A stretch of DNA of 64,000 nucleotides from Syntrophales bacterium (GTDB lineage Bacteria; Desulfobacterota; Syntrophia; Syntrophales; UBA2210), in NCBI GenBank assembly GCA_023230565.1, contig JALNXD010000002.1:16366-80365 (forward strand), written 5' to 3'. A model generated the notes under the pieces. The model searched no databases. It was not told where the DNA came from and worked only from the letters and a program-made list of their open reading frames with translations. The translations under genes and the position numbers were made by a program. Below, in pieces: positions 40,286 to 50,138 of this stretch; position 1 is the first letter of the stretch, and each line of letters begins with the position of its first letter.

Positions 40286-41416
40286 TTACCCAGGCACAAG
40301 ATCAATAGCCACTACTTCAGGAGGCGACAGAAATCTCATTGGAGGGCCCCAGGTGCCGGATCCTCTGCTGACATAAAGAATATGCCCTTCCCCGAGATCA
40401 TATCTGCCTGCAAGATAGGGATAAAAAAGCGCTGTTATCAAGTTAAAAGGTGCAATCTGACCTTTATGTGTATGGCCTGAAAGCTGAAGATCAAAAGGTG
40501 TTTCACCGTTTTGCTGCGCTATTGTAGGTTGATGCTTCAGAAGGATCCGGAAGTAATCTCCTTGAAAACATTTCATATTTTTCATTTCCGACTGATTTCC
40601 GTTCAACCCGAATCCTTTCTCTGCCGGGTCGTCCACGCCGGCTATGAGTATCGATCCTTTCACTAACGCGGCCTCATCACGCAGGAGCCTGAATCCCGCC
40701 GCTTCAATAAACGCGGTCGCCTGATGTATGCCCGCATAGAATTCATGGTTTCCCGTTACGGCAAATTTTCCGTAAGGAGCATTGATGTCCTTCAAGAAAG
40801 AAGAAAGATGATGAAGATCATTCATTTCGCCATCCACGAGGTCACCTGTCGAAACCAAAATGTCAGGGGCCAATTCCTCTACTTTGTTCAAAATTCGCAA
40901 CAAGCGATCTTCACGCATTATAAGGCCGAGATGTACATCTGAAATTTGTACGATGCGGATTGAATCTGCGGCGGATTGAATAATGGGCGTTTTAATTTTG
41001 ACGGTGGTGACACCAATGGTTTTCGCCTCAAAATATCCGTAAAAACAGATAAAGGCACCGGCTGTAATGGCGAATGCGTAAATCAGGCGGATCACTCCGG
41101 AAACTTCGCTCTTTTGTACTGTGCCCGTCAGAAAAACTGTTACCCAAAATACATCGAAGACTAAAAGGAAGCAAAAGCTCAGAAAGATAAATCCCATCCA
41201 GCTATAGCTTAGAAATGCCAAATGGCGAAGCCAGCTGTCCCATCCGGATTGTTCAAGCACCCTGATCAATATGGGGGAGACGACCATGAACATCAAAAAC
41301 AATGCAACGATGAGGTTCACAGGGAACCCAAAGCCGAAGAGGTATTTCAACTTCAGGAAAAAATACAGATGTACTCCTCCATACACCAACAAAAGGGCGA
41401 TTAGAAATAAAGCCAT
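40286..41416 (-). CDS. membrane-anchored metallophosphoesterase
   Basis: Four N-terminal hydrophobic helices, then calcineurin-like motifs (ISDVHLG, GDLVDG, GNHE, SGHTHKGQ). Confidence 0.8.
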   Translation of the reverse strand: MALFLIALLLVYGGVHLYFFLKLKYLFGFGFPVNLIVALFLMFMVVSPILIRVLEQSGWDSWLRHLAFLSYSWMGFIFLSFCFLLVFDVFWVTVFLTGTVQKSEVSGVIRLIYAFAITAGAFICFYGYFEAKTIGVTTVKIKTPIIQSAADSIRIVQISDVHLGLIMREDRLLRILNKVEELAPDILVSTGDLVDGEMNDLHHLSSFLKDINAPYGKFAVTGNHEFYAGIHQATAFIEAAGFRLLRDEAALVKGSILIAGVDDPAEKGFGLNGNQSEMKNMKCFQGDYFRILLKHQPTIAQQNGETPFDLQLSGHTHKGQIAPFNLITALFYPYLAGRYDLGEGHILYVSRGSGTWGPPMRFLSPPEVVAIDLVPG

Positions 41417-41491
41417 ACCGTCTCCATCAAAATAACTGACATTCCGTCCATTTCACCATCACTTGCGCTTTGACCTCCAATTCGGATTTTT

Positions 41492-42739
41492 TCACCGCAC
41501 CGTATTTGCATCCAATTCAACCCGGTATGGAAATATCATGGAAGCGTATGTAACTGCACTTGAAGTCGCTTTTTCATGGTACACACGATGTGCGAGACAT
41601 TTTCCGCGAAAACCTTCCATTACTTTTGTAAATAAAATAATTGAAGGAAGACCGCATACGTTATACCGGTCTTCTGTTTTAAGCGAATGCTCGAATATCG
41701 CTCCGGCATTTGGGTCTTTGATGAATGATAAAATCAACCGGTCATTGAAAAGAGCATTCGAAAGCAAATCATCCGCAGTTTTTTGATGCCCGAATTTTAA
41801 ACCTATATGAGATAAATCTACCGCCGAAATAATTAATGTCCGGGAATTCGAGCCGGTTACGGCCTTCAATAGCATTTCTGCTGTTTTCCGGAACCTTATG
41901 TCATCAAAAATGCTTTTTCTTTCATGAATAAATTCGTGAATCGAACCGCAAAGAATCGGAACTATTTTAAAGGAAGGTGTAAGATAGTGGTGCAGAAATG
42001 TTGTCTGAAACTCTATCGAATGCTCCATTTTGTGGCCGAAATCATCTGCCGTCAGTGTTCCCTGAGGAAGAAATTTTTGCAATTCGTTTATAAAAGGAAT
42101 ATCAGGTTCAATTCTTCCAAAAGGAGTAATAAAATTCTTACTGCTCACGCAGTAAAGTCCATCTTGTACTTGATGGTTGATTCCCAGGATAATTACTCTT
42201 TCATAACTTTTTCCTTTTATGCGCCGATAGAGATCTACATATGTTGATTTGGCTACTCCGATATCGATATGGGGGGCAAGAATTCCTGCTATCGGCAAAT
42301 CCGAGGAATCATCGTGAATGAGGGGAAGCTCCTCTTCAATAGAAGAAATGTCTGCTGCAAGTTGAAGAGGATCGCCTTCATATGCTTTCCCAGCATGGAC
42401 CGGGCGCCGAAAGGAGAGAGCCTTGAATTCTTTATGAAGGTTGTCCATGTGATTTCTGAATCGATCGTTTTCAAGAAGATAATATTTGTCGAGACTGTCG
42501 AGAAGGGATCTCAATGGAGCAAGTCCAATTGTAACACCATCTGGCGCTTTGACCAGTTGCTTCTTAATTTCATCATAGCTATGATTTCCATCAAGATGTA
42601 CAAGCACTGTAAAAAGTTCCATATCACACACCAGATTTCCTTCGGCAAGCCTCAAAGGATCCATAAAGACGATTACCCGCCTTCCTTTGACAGCAGCCGG
42701 TATCAACTGAAGATCTCTTCGCAGTTGAGGTTTTTCCAT
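41492..42739 (-). CDS. MEMO1-family protein (AmmeMemoRadiSam system protein B-like) with extra N-terminal domain
   Basis: GILAPHIDIGVAK...RVIILGINHQ...SAVDLSHIG are Memo-like motifs in the C-terminal ~280 aa. The start is set at the ATG at 42739, which has AAGGAG 5 nt upstream; the track start at 42790 is less likely. Confidence 0.68.
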   Translation of the reverse strand: MEKPQLRRDLQLIPAAVKGRRVIVFMDPLRLAEGNLVCDMELFTVLVHLDGNHSYDEIKKQLVKAPDGVTIGLAPLRSLLDSLDKYYLLENDRFRNHMDNLHKEFKALSFRRPVHAGKAYEGDPLQLAADISSIEEELPLIHDDSSDLPIAGILAPHIDIGVAKSTYVDLYRRIKGKSYERVIILGINHQVQDGLYCVSSKNFITPFGRIEPDIPFINELQKFLPQGTLTADDFGHKMEHSIEFQTTFLHHYLTPSFKIVPILCGSIHEFIHERKSIFDDIRFRKTAEMLLKAVTGSNSRTLIISAVDLSHIGLKFGHQKTADDLLSNALFNDRLILSFIKDPNAGAIFEHSLKTEDRYNVCGLPSIILFTKVMEGFRGKCLAHRVYHEKATSSAVTYASMIFPYRVELDANTVR

Positions 42740-42853
42740 CAATTCTCCTTTTTGCAGTATAGTAATAATTAACAAAAAGCTTGGTGACAACTCATTTCTT
42801 TCACCCTCGAAGCACCTGTGGTCAAAGCACCTGGAGCATTTGCCGTTTTTCTA

Positions 42854-44347
42854 TTATAAATAAGGAGAAAGGAGCCAGGCAAGGGCATCACGCACTTTGA
42901 CAGGCAATGACCGCCCGTCTACTTCTTCAAGCGTAAGTAAGCGCGATCTTTCAAGCACTTTTTCAATATGAGTGTTCAATTCGCGCGAAAGTAATGTATC
43001 ATATACCTCAACAGCCAACTCAAAGTTCAGCCTGAGACTTCGAGGATCAATATTTGCCGATCCGATATTAATATACGTATCGTCGATCATAAAAAGCTTC
43101 GTATGAACAAAAGGAGCCGGCTGATAATATATTTTAACTCCCCGCTCCAGAAGTTCCCATAAAAGATTACGCGTTGCCCAGTGTACGAGAGACAGATTAT
43201 TTTTTTCGGGCAAAACAACAATAACTTCCACTCCCTTAAGAGCGGCTGCCTGCAGTGCGGCTAAAAGACCCCGAGGAGGGATAAAATAAGGGGTCATGAT
43301 TATAATTTTTGATTTGGCGGATGAAACCCCGCCTATCAATATCATAGACAGCTTATCGAGATCTTCATTCGGACCTTCCGTAATAACTCTGCACGCTGCA
43401 GATCCTTCTGCCCGAGAGGAATATGGAATTTGTTTCTCATATCTGCCGGTAACAAATTGCCAATCTTCCCAGAAAACTTTTCCTATCTGCTCTACTACAG
43501 GCCCGCTCAGGCGGAAATGAATATCGACAACTCTATTTTGATTTTCAGTTCTATTCGCTAAATGCCGGTCTCCTATGTTCATACCCCCTGTAAATCCTAT
43601 CTCATCTGCTAAAAGTATTTTTCTGTGATTTCTAAGATTGATATGGAAAGTGGGAGGAAAAAGCTTCGGTGGAAGAAATCTGGCAATGTCTACTCCCTGC
43701 TTCTTAAGGAGTGTTCCGGCTCTGGGGAAAGAATACAATTCTCCTATTCCGTCTATAATCACTTTCACATCAACACCCCGCAGGGAAGCATTTCCAAGGG
43801 CATTGATAAATCTGCGACCGGTTTCATTGGTTTCAAAAATATATGTACTCAGGTAGACTGATTTGCGGGCATTTTCTATTGCACGCAACATCGCCGGAAA
43901 TGCCTCTTCTCCATTGTGAAGTATATCGACAGTATTACCTGAAAGCAGCGGTCTTACTGCAACTACATCCGATATATTGACAAGCTCGCGGCCGTACGGA
44001 ACAAACTCGCTATTTAAAGGCGTCCGGATAATTTTTCGCCCTCTGTGATCCATATCCGCTTCCTGTAGATATCCTTTGAGTTTTTTGGCTCGTGTACGTA
44101 CTCTGTTGATTCCAAAAAGAAAATAGATAAAAGGTCCTATAAACGGAACAATGAAGCAAAGCGCTATCCACCCGAGAGCAGCTTTCGGATCCCTCTTGGA
44201 AAGAAGAGCATGTCCGGCACTTAATGCGGTTATTACGAACGCAGAGAAAGTAATAAAATAATCAATTACATTACGCATCTCATCAAACGGCATAACTCTT
44301 ACCCTTATATCTGAAACTGACAGAATGAATATTTGATGGATTCGCAA
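42854..44347 (-). CDS. cls: cardiolipin synthase
   Basis: N-terminal TM helices and two PLD HKD motifs (HRKILLAD..G..N; HTKLFMIDD..GSAN). The start is uncertain, with an alternative ATG at 44293. Confidence 0.9.
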   Translation of the reverse strand: MRIHQIFILSVSDIRVRVMPFDEMRNVIDYFITFSAFVITALSAGHALLSKRDPKAALGWIALCFIVPFIGPFIYFLFGINRVRTRAKKLKGYLQEADMDHRGRKIIRTPLNSEFVPYGRELVNISDVVAVRPLLSGNTVDILHNGEEAFPAMLRAIENARKSVYLSTYIFETNETGRRFINALGNASLRGVDVKVIIDGIGELYSFPRAGTLLKKQGVDIARFLPPKLFPPTFHINLRNHRKILLADEIGFTGGMNIGDRHLANRTENQNRVVDIHFRLSGPVVEQIGKVFWEDWQFVTGRYEKQIPYSSRAEGSAACRVITEGPNEDLDKLSMILIGGVSSAKSKIIIMTPYFIPPRGLLAALQAAALKGVEVIVVLPEKNNLSLVHWATRNLLWELLERGVKIYYQPAPFVHTKLFMIDDTYINIGSANIDPRSLRLNFELAVEVYDTLLSRELNTHIEKVLERSRLLTLEEVDGRSLPVKVRDALAWLLSPYL

Positions 44348-44585
44348 AAAAAATTATTATACCAATACGTCGGCATTAAAATAGAAGAAAATGATGCTGT
44401 CGAACCAAATCCAGTTAATCCTGGTGTAAAGTTTCTGCGAAAGCAGGAGTCCATAACTATTCAAATTCAGGATTCCATGTCAAGCACGGAATTAAGAAAA
44501 GAGAGCATCAAATACGATCTTTTCTTCTTCTTGACTTTACGAAAAATAGACTTATGTTAATACTATACAAAAAGAAGGAGGAACC

Positions 44586-44807
44586 ATGAAAGAACAAGTA
44601 GCGAAAGCTCTCGATGAAATAAGACCGGCGCTTCAAGCTGATGGCGGTGATGTTGAATTAATCGATGTCAGTGATGATGGAATTGTGAAGGTCAGATTAA
44701 TGGGTGCCTGCGGTGGGTGTCCAATGGCTATGATGACATTAAAAGGCGGTATCGAAAAAAGATTAAAACAGGCTGTCCCGGAAGTGAAAGAAGTTGTTCC
44801 GGCCTGA
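44586..44807 (+). CDS. NifU C-terminal-domain (Nfu-like) Fe-S cluster protein
   Basis: 73 aa. [17 protein letters not shown]...GACGGCPMA with the CxxC motif. Strong RBS (GGAGG). Confidence 0.82.
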   Translation: MKEQVAKALDEIRPALQADGGDVELIDVSDDGIVKVRLMGACGGCPMAMMTLKGGIEKRLKQAVPEVKEVVPA

Positions 44808-44840
44808 CAGAATTGTTGAGGAAGAGCATAACCCGCGCGT

Positions 44841-44873
44841 GAACCCGCTTTCAAAAAAAGCGGGTTCTTTTTA
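44841..44873 (+). terminator. intrinsic terminator after the nfu-like gene
   Basis: GAACCCGCT-loop-AGCGGGTTC followed by TTTTT. Confidence 0.8.
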
Positions 44874-44883
44874 TTTGCTGATT

Positions 44884-45990
44884 TTATTCAAAAAGCTTTT
44901 TGTATTCTCCATAACCTTCTTTTTCCAGATCTTCCAAAGGTATGAAGCGTAACGCTGCCGAATTGAGGCAATACCGTAACCCAGTCGGTTGAGGTCCATC
45001 TTTAAAAACATGTCCCAGATGTGAGTTACCGTTGACACTCCTTACTTCCGTCCTGGTCTGAAACGCAAGTTTTCTATCCTCTCTCTCAATGATGTTTTCC
45101 GGTGCCAGAGGCTTGGTGAAGCTGGGCCAGCCTGTTTTAGAATCATACTTATCAAGAGAACTGAACAGAGGCTCACCGGAAACAATGTCTACGTAGATGC
45201 CCTGTTTTTTATTATCCCAATATTCATTATCAAAAGGAGGTTCGGTTCCTTCCCGCTGCGTTACTTCAAACTGCATTGGTGTAAGACGCCTTTTAATCTC
45301 CCGGTCGGTCCTTTTTGTCTCCGTTTTTTTACCTTCTTTGCCCCAAACCGTATTCAGGAAATCATCACGACCGGAACCTGTTCTGTATGTACGATACCTC
45401 TGCGCCTGTTTTCTGTAGTAATCCTGGTGATACTCCTCGGCAATATAAAAGTGTTTGAATTCGAGGATCTCAGTCGCAACGGGCTTTTTGAATCTTCCCG
45501 ATGTATCGAGCTCATCCCTCGATTCCTCAGCCATTTGCTTCTGTTCGTAATCATGGTAGAAAATAGCGGTCCGATACTGAGACCCCCTGTCAGCGAATTG
45601 TCCTCCCTGATCTGTCGGATCAATATGGCGCCAGAACACCTCGAGGAGATCCTTATAGGTGACTTTTTCAGGATTGTACATAACTTGAACCGCCTCGAAA
45701 TGTCCCGTTTCCCCAGTTGACACCTCTTCATATGTGGGATTTTCATTCTCTCCCCCCGTATACCCCGATATGGCTTCATATACGCCTTCAACTTTCTCGA
45801 AATCGGATTCCAGACACCAGAAACATCCTCCCGCAAATGTGGCCACAGCCTCCTTATCTCCCCTCTGTCGATTCATGACTCCCTCCTTTTTGTCTTCACA
45901 TGCCCCGTTATTCGGAGACAACTGAAGATTCAAAATAACAAAAAGCACGATTGCACTACCTGCCAACCAAAGCTTGTTTGACTTCTTCAT
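44884..45990 (-). CDS. msrAB: exported bifunctional methionine sulfoxide reductase MsrA/MsrB
   Basis: Signal peptide, then the MsrA motif GGCFWC and the MsrB motifs (CxxC-type region, RYCLNSAAL). Confidence 0.9.
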   Translation of the reverse strand: MKKSNKLWLAGSAIVLFVILNLQLSPNNGACEDKKEGVMNRQRGDKEAVATFAGGCFWCLESDFEKVEGVYEAISGYTGGENENPTYEEVSTGETGHFEAVQVMYNPEKVTYKDLLEVFWRHIDPTDQGGQFADRGSQYRTAIFYHDYEQKQMAEESRDELDTSGRFKKPVATEILEFKHFYIAEEYHQDYYRKQAQRYRTYRTGSGRDDFLNTVWGKEGKKTETKRTDREIKRRLTPMQFEVTQREGTEPPFDNEYWDNKKQGIYVDIVSGEPLFSSLDKYDSKTGWPSFTKPLAPENIIEREDRKLAFQTRTEVRSVNGNSHLGHVFKDGPQPTGLRYCLNSAALRFIPLEDLEKEGYGEYKKLFE

Positions 45991-46148
45991 ATCTCTTTCC
46001 CCCGGTCCTCACATATTAAGTATTATATTATATAATATTTCCCGCCGATGGGAACTCTTGTTTGCAGCCTTTTCCCAATATATTGAGAGTTAAAAATTTG
46101 GAAATGGTGAAGAGTTGATACAGACTCCGGCCAGACAGTATGGAGGCA

Positions 46149-47324
46149 TCAATGAAGGCGGCTTTTGAGTGCCATGATTCTCTTATACGATGTATTGATC
46201 CGTGCCGGACTTATCAGATTTTTTTGTAACACGAGCTTCCTGATGATCGAATGGGCGCGGGACGCAATCATTTCATCATAAATCGAATTGTTCGCAAAAA
46301 CAAGCATGTCGCAACCGGCAAGAATAGCACGATATATCGCCCGTTCGAGACTATAGTTCAATCTGATCGCCCCCATCTGAAGGTCATCGGATATCACGAC
46401 TCCCGTATACACAAGATTTATTCGAAGAATGCCGCTTAGTATATGGGTCGACAAGGTTGCCGGCCACAGGGGATCAAGTTTTCTATTCATAACATGAGCA
46501 GTCATGACGAAATCTGCCTTTTTCAACCGTATAAGGGCCTCAAAAGGTAAAAGTTCTTCAGGGGCCCAGGAATCAGTAACATCGACAAACCCCTCATGTG
46601 AATCTGAATCGGAGCTGCCATGGCCTGGGAAATGTTTGATTGCGCAAAGCACTCCATATCGGTGAAAGGCATCGATAGTTGCTCTCGCATGCCTGATTAC
46701 CACAGAAGAATCAGGAGAATAGCTTCTTTCAAGTTCTCCGATAACCGGATTTTCAGGATTTCGATTGAGATCAACGACAGGGGCGAAATTCACGTTTATT
46801 CCCAAATCCTTCAATGTTTGAGCCGTAATTTCCGCAGTTCGCGAGGTTTCATCCAAATTATCAGCATGACCAAGGAAAGAGGCTGATACCGAATCAGGAA
46901 ACCCGTAACACGATTTAAGCCGCGATACCTTTCCACCTTCCTGATCAATGGCTACAAAGAGAGGCACATCGGAAAAAGACTTAAGTTTTTTTACCATAGT
47001 CTTCACTTGATGGGGTGATTGAATATTTCTTACGTGACTTCCTGATGGCACATCATAGTCGAAAAGAATCACTCCGCCAATGGTTTTCGATCGAATATCT
47101 CTTACTATCGGACTTCCTTCATCAACTAAAAGGCCCCGGAATCCCACCAGTATCATTTGTCCGATTTTGGCATCCAGGCAATCCGACGAGGGTAATTTTT
47201 GAACTGCAAATGCGGGTTGACAAAAAACCAAACCTGCCGAACACAATAGAAGAAAAAGAAATTTTTTCATTGTAAAGCCGAATCGAATAGAAATCCGGAT
47301 ATTTTCCGTCCGGGGAGAGCTCAT
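46149..47324 (-). CDS. glycoside hydrolase family 3 (beta-N-acetylhexosaminidase, NagZ-like), exported
   Basis: AIDQEGGKVSRL and KHFPGHG motifs. A signal peptide MKKFLFLLLCSAGLVFCQPAFA starts at the alternative ATG at 47270. The longer start at 47324 forms an ATGA overlap with the cyclase stop. Confidence 0.8.
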   Translation of the reverse strand: MSSPRTENIRISIRFGFTMKKFLFLLLCSAGLVFCQPAFAVQKLPSSDCLDAKIGQMILVGFRGLLVDEGSPIVRDIRSKTIGGVILFDYDVPSGSHVRNIQSPHQVKTMVKKLKSFSDVPLFVAIDQEGGKVSRLKSCYGFPDSVSASFLGHADNLDETSRTAEITAQTLKDLGINVNFAPVVDLNRNPENPVIGELERSYSPDSSVVIRHARATIDAFHRYGVLCAIKHFPGHGSSDSDSHEGFVDVTDSWAPEELLPFEALIRLKKADFVMTAHVMNRKLDPLWPATLSTHILSGILRINLVYTGVVISDDLQMGAIRLNYSLERAIYRAILAGCDMLVFANNSIYDEMIASRAHSIIRKLVLQKNLISPARINTSYKRIMALKSRLH

Positions 47325-49618
47325 TTTTCATTCATTATCCACACACCATCCCATCCGGCGCCGGGATTCTGTAATTTGAGAGTTTTACATCTCTGGAGGT
47401 ACATTTCAGTCACTTTATCCTGGCAATTGAGGCTGAGTGCCTCCTGAAATGCGTCAACTGCTTTTTCCCAATTTGCTCTACGATAATGGTCCAATCCATT
47501 TTTGAAGTGAGTAACCACCTCCATTACATTCGGAAAACTTTCATATGTATGATAATCAAGAACTTCGTATATTGCGACAGGTGCACGTTTACCCTTTACC
47601 ACCACCCGGTCAACTTCGCGGATCCTGTATGTTCCCCTCAATTTTTTATAGGTGTTTTCGCTTAAAAGAATCTGAGCATGATACTGCTTGCATGCACTTT
47701 CAAGTCTCGCAGCCAGATTGACGCCATCACCGATTAGTGTATAATCCATCCGCTTCGGTGATCCTATGTTCCCTGATACCACCATGTCTGTGTTAAGGCC
47801 GATTCCGATCCGGACTTCTTTCTTTCCCTGGATGTACCGCTCCCGATTCCATGCATTGAGATGCTCTATCATTGAAATGGCCGACCGCACCGCACGATCT
47901 TCATCATCACCGTACGCAACGGGGATACCAAATGCCGCCATGATTGCATCGCCGATGAATTTATCCAGCATACCTTTCTCATTCTGAATACATTCCACCA
48001 TGATAGTAAAATATTCATTGAGCAGCGATACTGTTCCCTGGGCCCCTAATTCCTCGGTCAGATTAGTGAAGCTCCTTATGTCAGAAAAAAGAATTGTTGC
48101 CATTTTACTTGTACCGCCCAGAATATCCTCGCCGCCGGCTAAAAGCTGATCTGCCAGATCTGGATCCATGTAACGGGACATGGTCGATTTCATTCTTTTT
48201 TCGCTTGTAATATCGTCAAATATGATCATGGATCCCAATTTTTTCTTTTCGACACTCAGAAGAGGCAATACAGTCAGATTCACAGAAATATTTTCACCCC
48301 CGAAAGTCAGTACCGCATCCATAGTGACATCAGATTCCTGACTTTCCTCGACGCGATGAATTTTCTCCAAAATCCAGTCATTGTCGCCGGTAAAAAATGC
48401 ATCTGCATTTTGTCCTATAATCTCGGCTTCGTCTACTTTCATTATCTTTATGCCCGCTGCATTGCAGGTCACTATTGCTCCTTCATCATTCAGGGTTACA
48501 ACACCGTTGGTCATGCTCTCAAGTATGCTTTCACTGTAATTTTTCATGTTCTGCACATCATCGAAGAGCTTTGCATTCTCCAGTGCAATTGAAATCTGAG
48601 CGGTAAAGGCCTTGAGCCGGGCCTCATCCTCTTCCGTGAAAGGACCTCCCGTTTTATTTAGTACCTGTGTTACCCCGATGGTTTTGCCGCTTTTATTGAT
48701 GACCGGCACACAAAGAATTGAGCGTGTAAAAAACCCAGTCTGTCTGTCAAAAGAAGGATTGAACCGGAGATCAGCGTATGCATAAGGAATATTGACAGTT
48801 TTGCCCGAAGTAAACACGGCTCCTGCGATTCCCACATGATTCGGCAGCCTTATTTCCGTGCCTAACCCTTCTCCTACTTTTGAAAACAGCTCTTTTTTCT
48901 TTTCATCATGTAAAAAAAGCGTAGATCTTTCCGCTTTCAGCATACGTGTAGCTTCCGACATCACCTTCTGCAGAATCGCTCCGAGATCAATTTCAGATAT
49001 GACATCAGAAACAATGTCAAAAAACTCCATTTCCTGCACGCGGGAACGCTGCATCCGTTCCACAAATTGTGTGCTTTGAAGGGTAACGGCCGCCTGAGCA
49101 GTCATGGCTTCAAGTAATGCAAGGTCACTTGCGGTAAAAGGGCCTGAGCTTTTATTAAGGGCCTGAGCCACACCGATTATTTCCCCTTTGGCAGTTCTGA
49201 TTGGTGCACAGAGAATCGATCTTGTCACAAATCCCGTCTGTTCATCTATGGCACGATTAAATCGGCTGTCTGCATAGGCATCGTGAACTATTGCACCCGC
49301 TCCGGTTGTAAATACATCTCCTGCCACACCAGAATTATTGAGGATTCTTATTTCACGAAGATGAGTTCCCTGAGCCACCCGTGAATACAGTTCTCCTGTT
49401 TCGCTGTCATTCAGAAAAATTGTGCCCCGTTCCGCATCGAGTTCGCGAGTGGTGATCTCGACCAATGTCTTAAGCATTTCATCAAGTGTTTCATATGCTG
49501 CTATTGTTTTCGAAACATCAAGCAGCATTTCGGCTTGTGTCAATTTTACATTTTTATCCTTAGGGACTAGATTTACATGATTTTTTTGCACTTTTTCTAA
49601 TTTATTTTTTTGTCCCAT
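47321..49618 (-). CDS. class III adenylate/guanylate cyclase with GAF-GAF-PAS sensor region and C-terminal helical (TPR-like) tail
   Basis: Two GAF-like modules (…ERGTIFLND…GVAG…; …ERSTLFLHD…GIAG…), a PAS-like segment, and a cyclase core (ATILFSDIRSFTNLTE…KFIGDAIMAAFG). Confidence 0.85.
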   Translation of the reverse strand: MGQKNKLEKVQKNHVNLVPKDKNVKLTQAEMLLDVSKTIAAYETLDEMLKTLVEITTRELDAERGTIFLNDSETGELYSRVAQGTHLREIRILNNSGVAGDVFTTGAGAIVHDAYADSRFNRAIDEQTGFVTRSILCAPIRTAKGEIIGVAQALNKSSGPFTASDLALLEAMTAQAAVTLQSTQFVERMQRSRVQEMEFFDIVSDVISEIDLGAILQKVMSEATRMLKAERSTLFLHDEKKKELFSKVGEGLGTEIRLPNHVGIAGAVFTSGKTVNIPYAYADLRFNPSFDRQTGFFTRSILCVPVINKSGKTIGVTQVLNKTGGPFTEEDEARLKAFTAQISIALENAKLFDDVQNMKNYSESILESMTNGVVTLNDEGAIVTCNAAGIKIMKVDEAEIIGQNADAFFTGDNDWILEKIHRVEESQESDVTMDAVLTFGGENISVNLTVLPLLSVEKKKLGSMIIFDDITSEKRMKSTMSRYMDPDLADQLLAGGEDILGGTSKMATILFSDIRSFTNLTEELGAQGTVSLLNEYFTIMVECIQNEKGMLDKFIGDAIMAAFGIPVAYGDDEDRAVRSAISMIEHLNAWNRERYIQGKKEVRIGIGLNTDMVVSGNIGSPKRMDYTLIGDGVNLAARLESACKQYHAQILLSENTYKKLRGTYRIREVDRVVVKGKRAPVAIYEVLDYHTYESFPNVMEVVTHFKNGLDHYRRANWEKAVDAFQEALSLNCQDKVTEMYLQRCKTLKLQNPGAGWDGVWIMNEK

Positions 49619-50024
49619 TTTGCTCCTCTAGCCGCTGCCGCAATGCTTTAATTGTTTCTTTTAATTGCAGGATCTCATCCCTGGACTCCCGTGTGCAATT
49701 TTGTATCATCTCTTCGCAATGTATCCGATACTGCTCCAGTTCATCTCGCAGAGCCCTGATAGTCTTTTTCAGCTGGTCCATTTCAGCATTTGCTGCAACT
49801 TCTTTTTTCTGTAAACTTTCCGCTTTCTCGAATGCAGCTTTCTCCAATTCTTCTCTTAATGCAAAGGTAACAGATTTCAACTGATTGATCTCATCATTTG
49901 CACTGCCAAGAGCCCGTTGAATCGCTTCATCCCGGACAGCATCAATCTGCTCCAGCTCGTTTCTCAGCGCCTGTATCATTTCTTTAAGATAACGATTTTC
50001 CATCTGAAGAGACTTTGTATCCAT
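49602..50024 (-). CDS. coiled-coil repeat protein, function unknown
   Basis: 140 aa with four copies, about 36 aa apart, of an 18-aa motif E-x-x-(Q/Y)-L-K-x-x-I-x-A-L-R-x-E-L-E-(Q/K/E). It overlaps the cyclase start by 17 nt. Confidence 0.55.
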   Translation of the reverse strand: MDTKSLQMENRYLKEMIQALRNELEQIDAVRDEAIQRALGSANDEINQLKSVTFALREELEKAAFEKAESLQKKEVAANAEMDQLKKTIRALRDELEQYRIHCEEMIQNCTRESRDEILQLKETIKALRQRLEEQNGTKK

Positions 50025-50138
50025 AAAAACTTATTCCGGGTGCGGGTCCGTAATTCAATGAAGATATTAAAACCTGCCTTTATTCTTATCAGCTGCTTGA
50101 AAGCCCGGACGTGTCTGATTAAAAACCGGGCGATTCTA

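Noticed and set aside
44333-44560. A 75-aa plus-strand ORF in the cls / nfu-like intergenic region.
   Set aside because: It has no RBS and starts inside the cls 5' end. Its sequence is low-complexity. The region more plausibly holds the promoters of the divergent genes.
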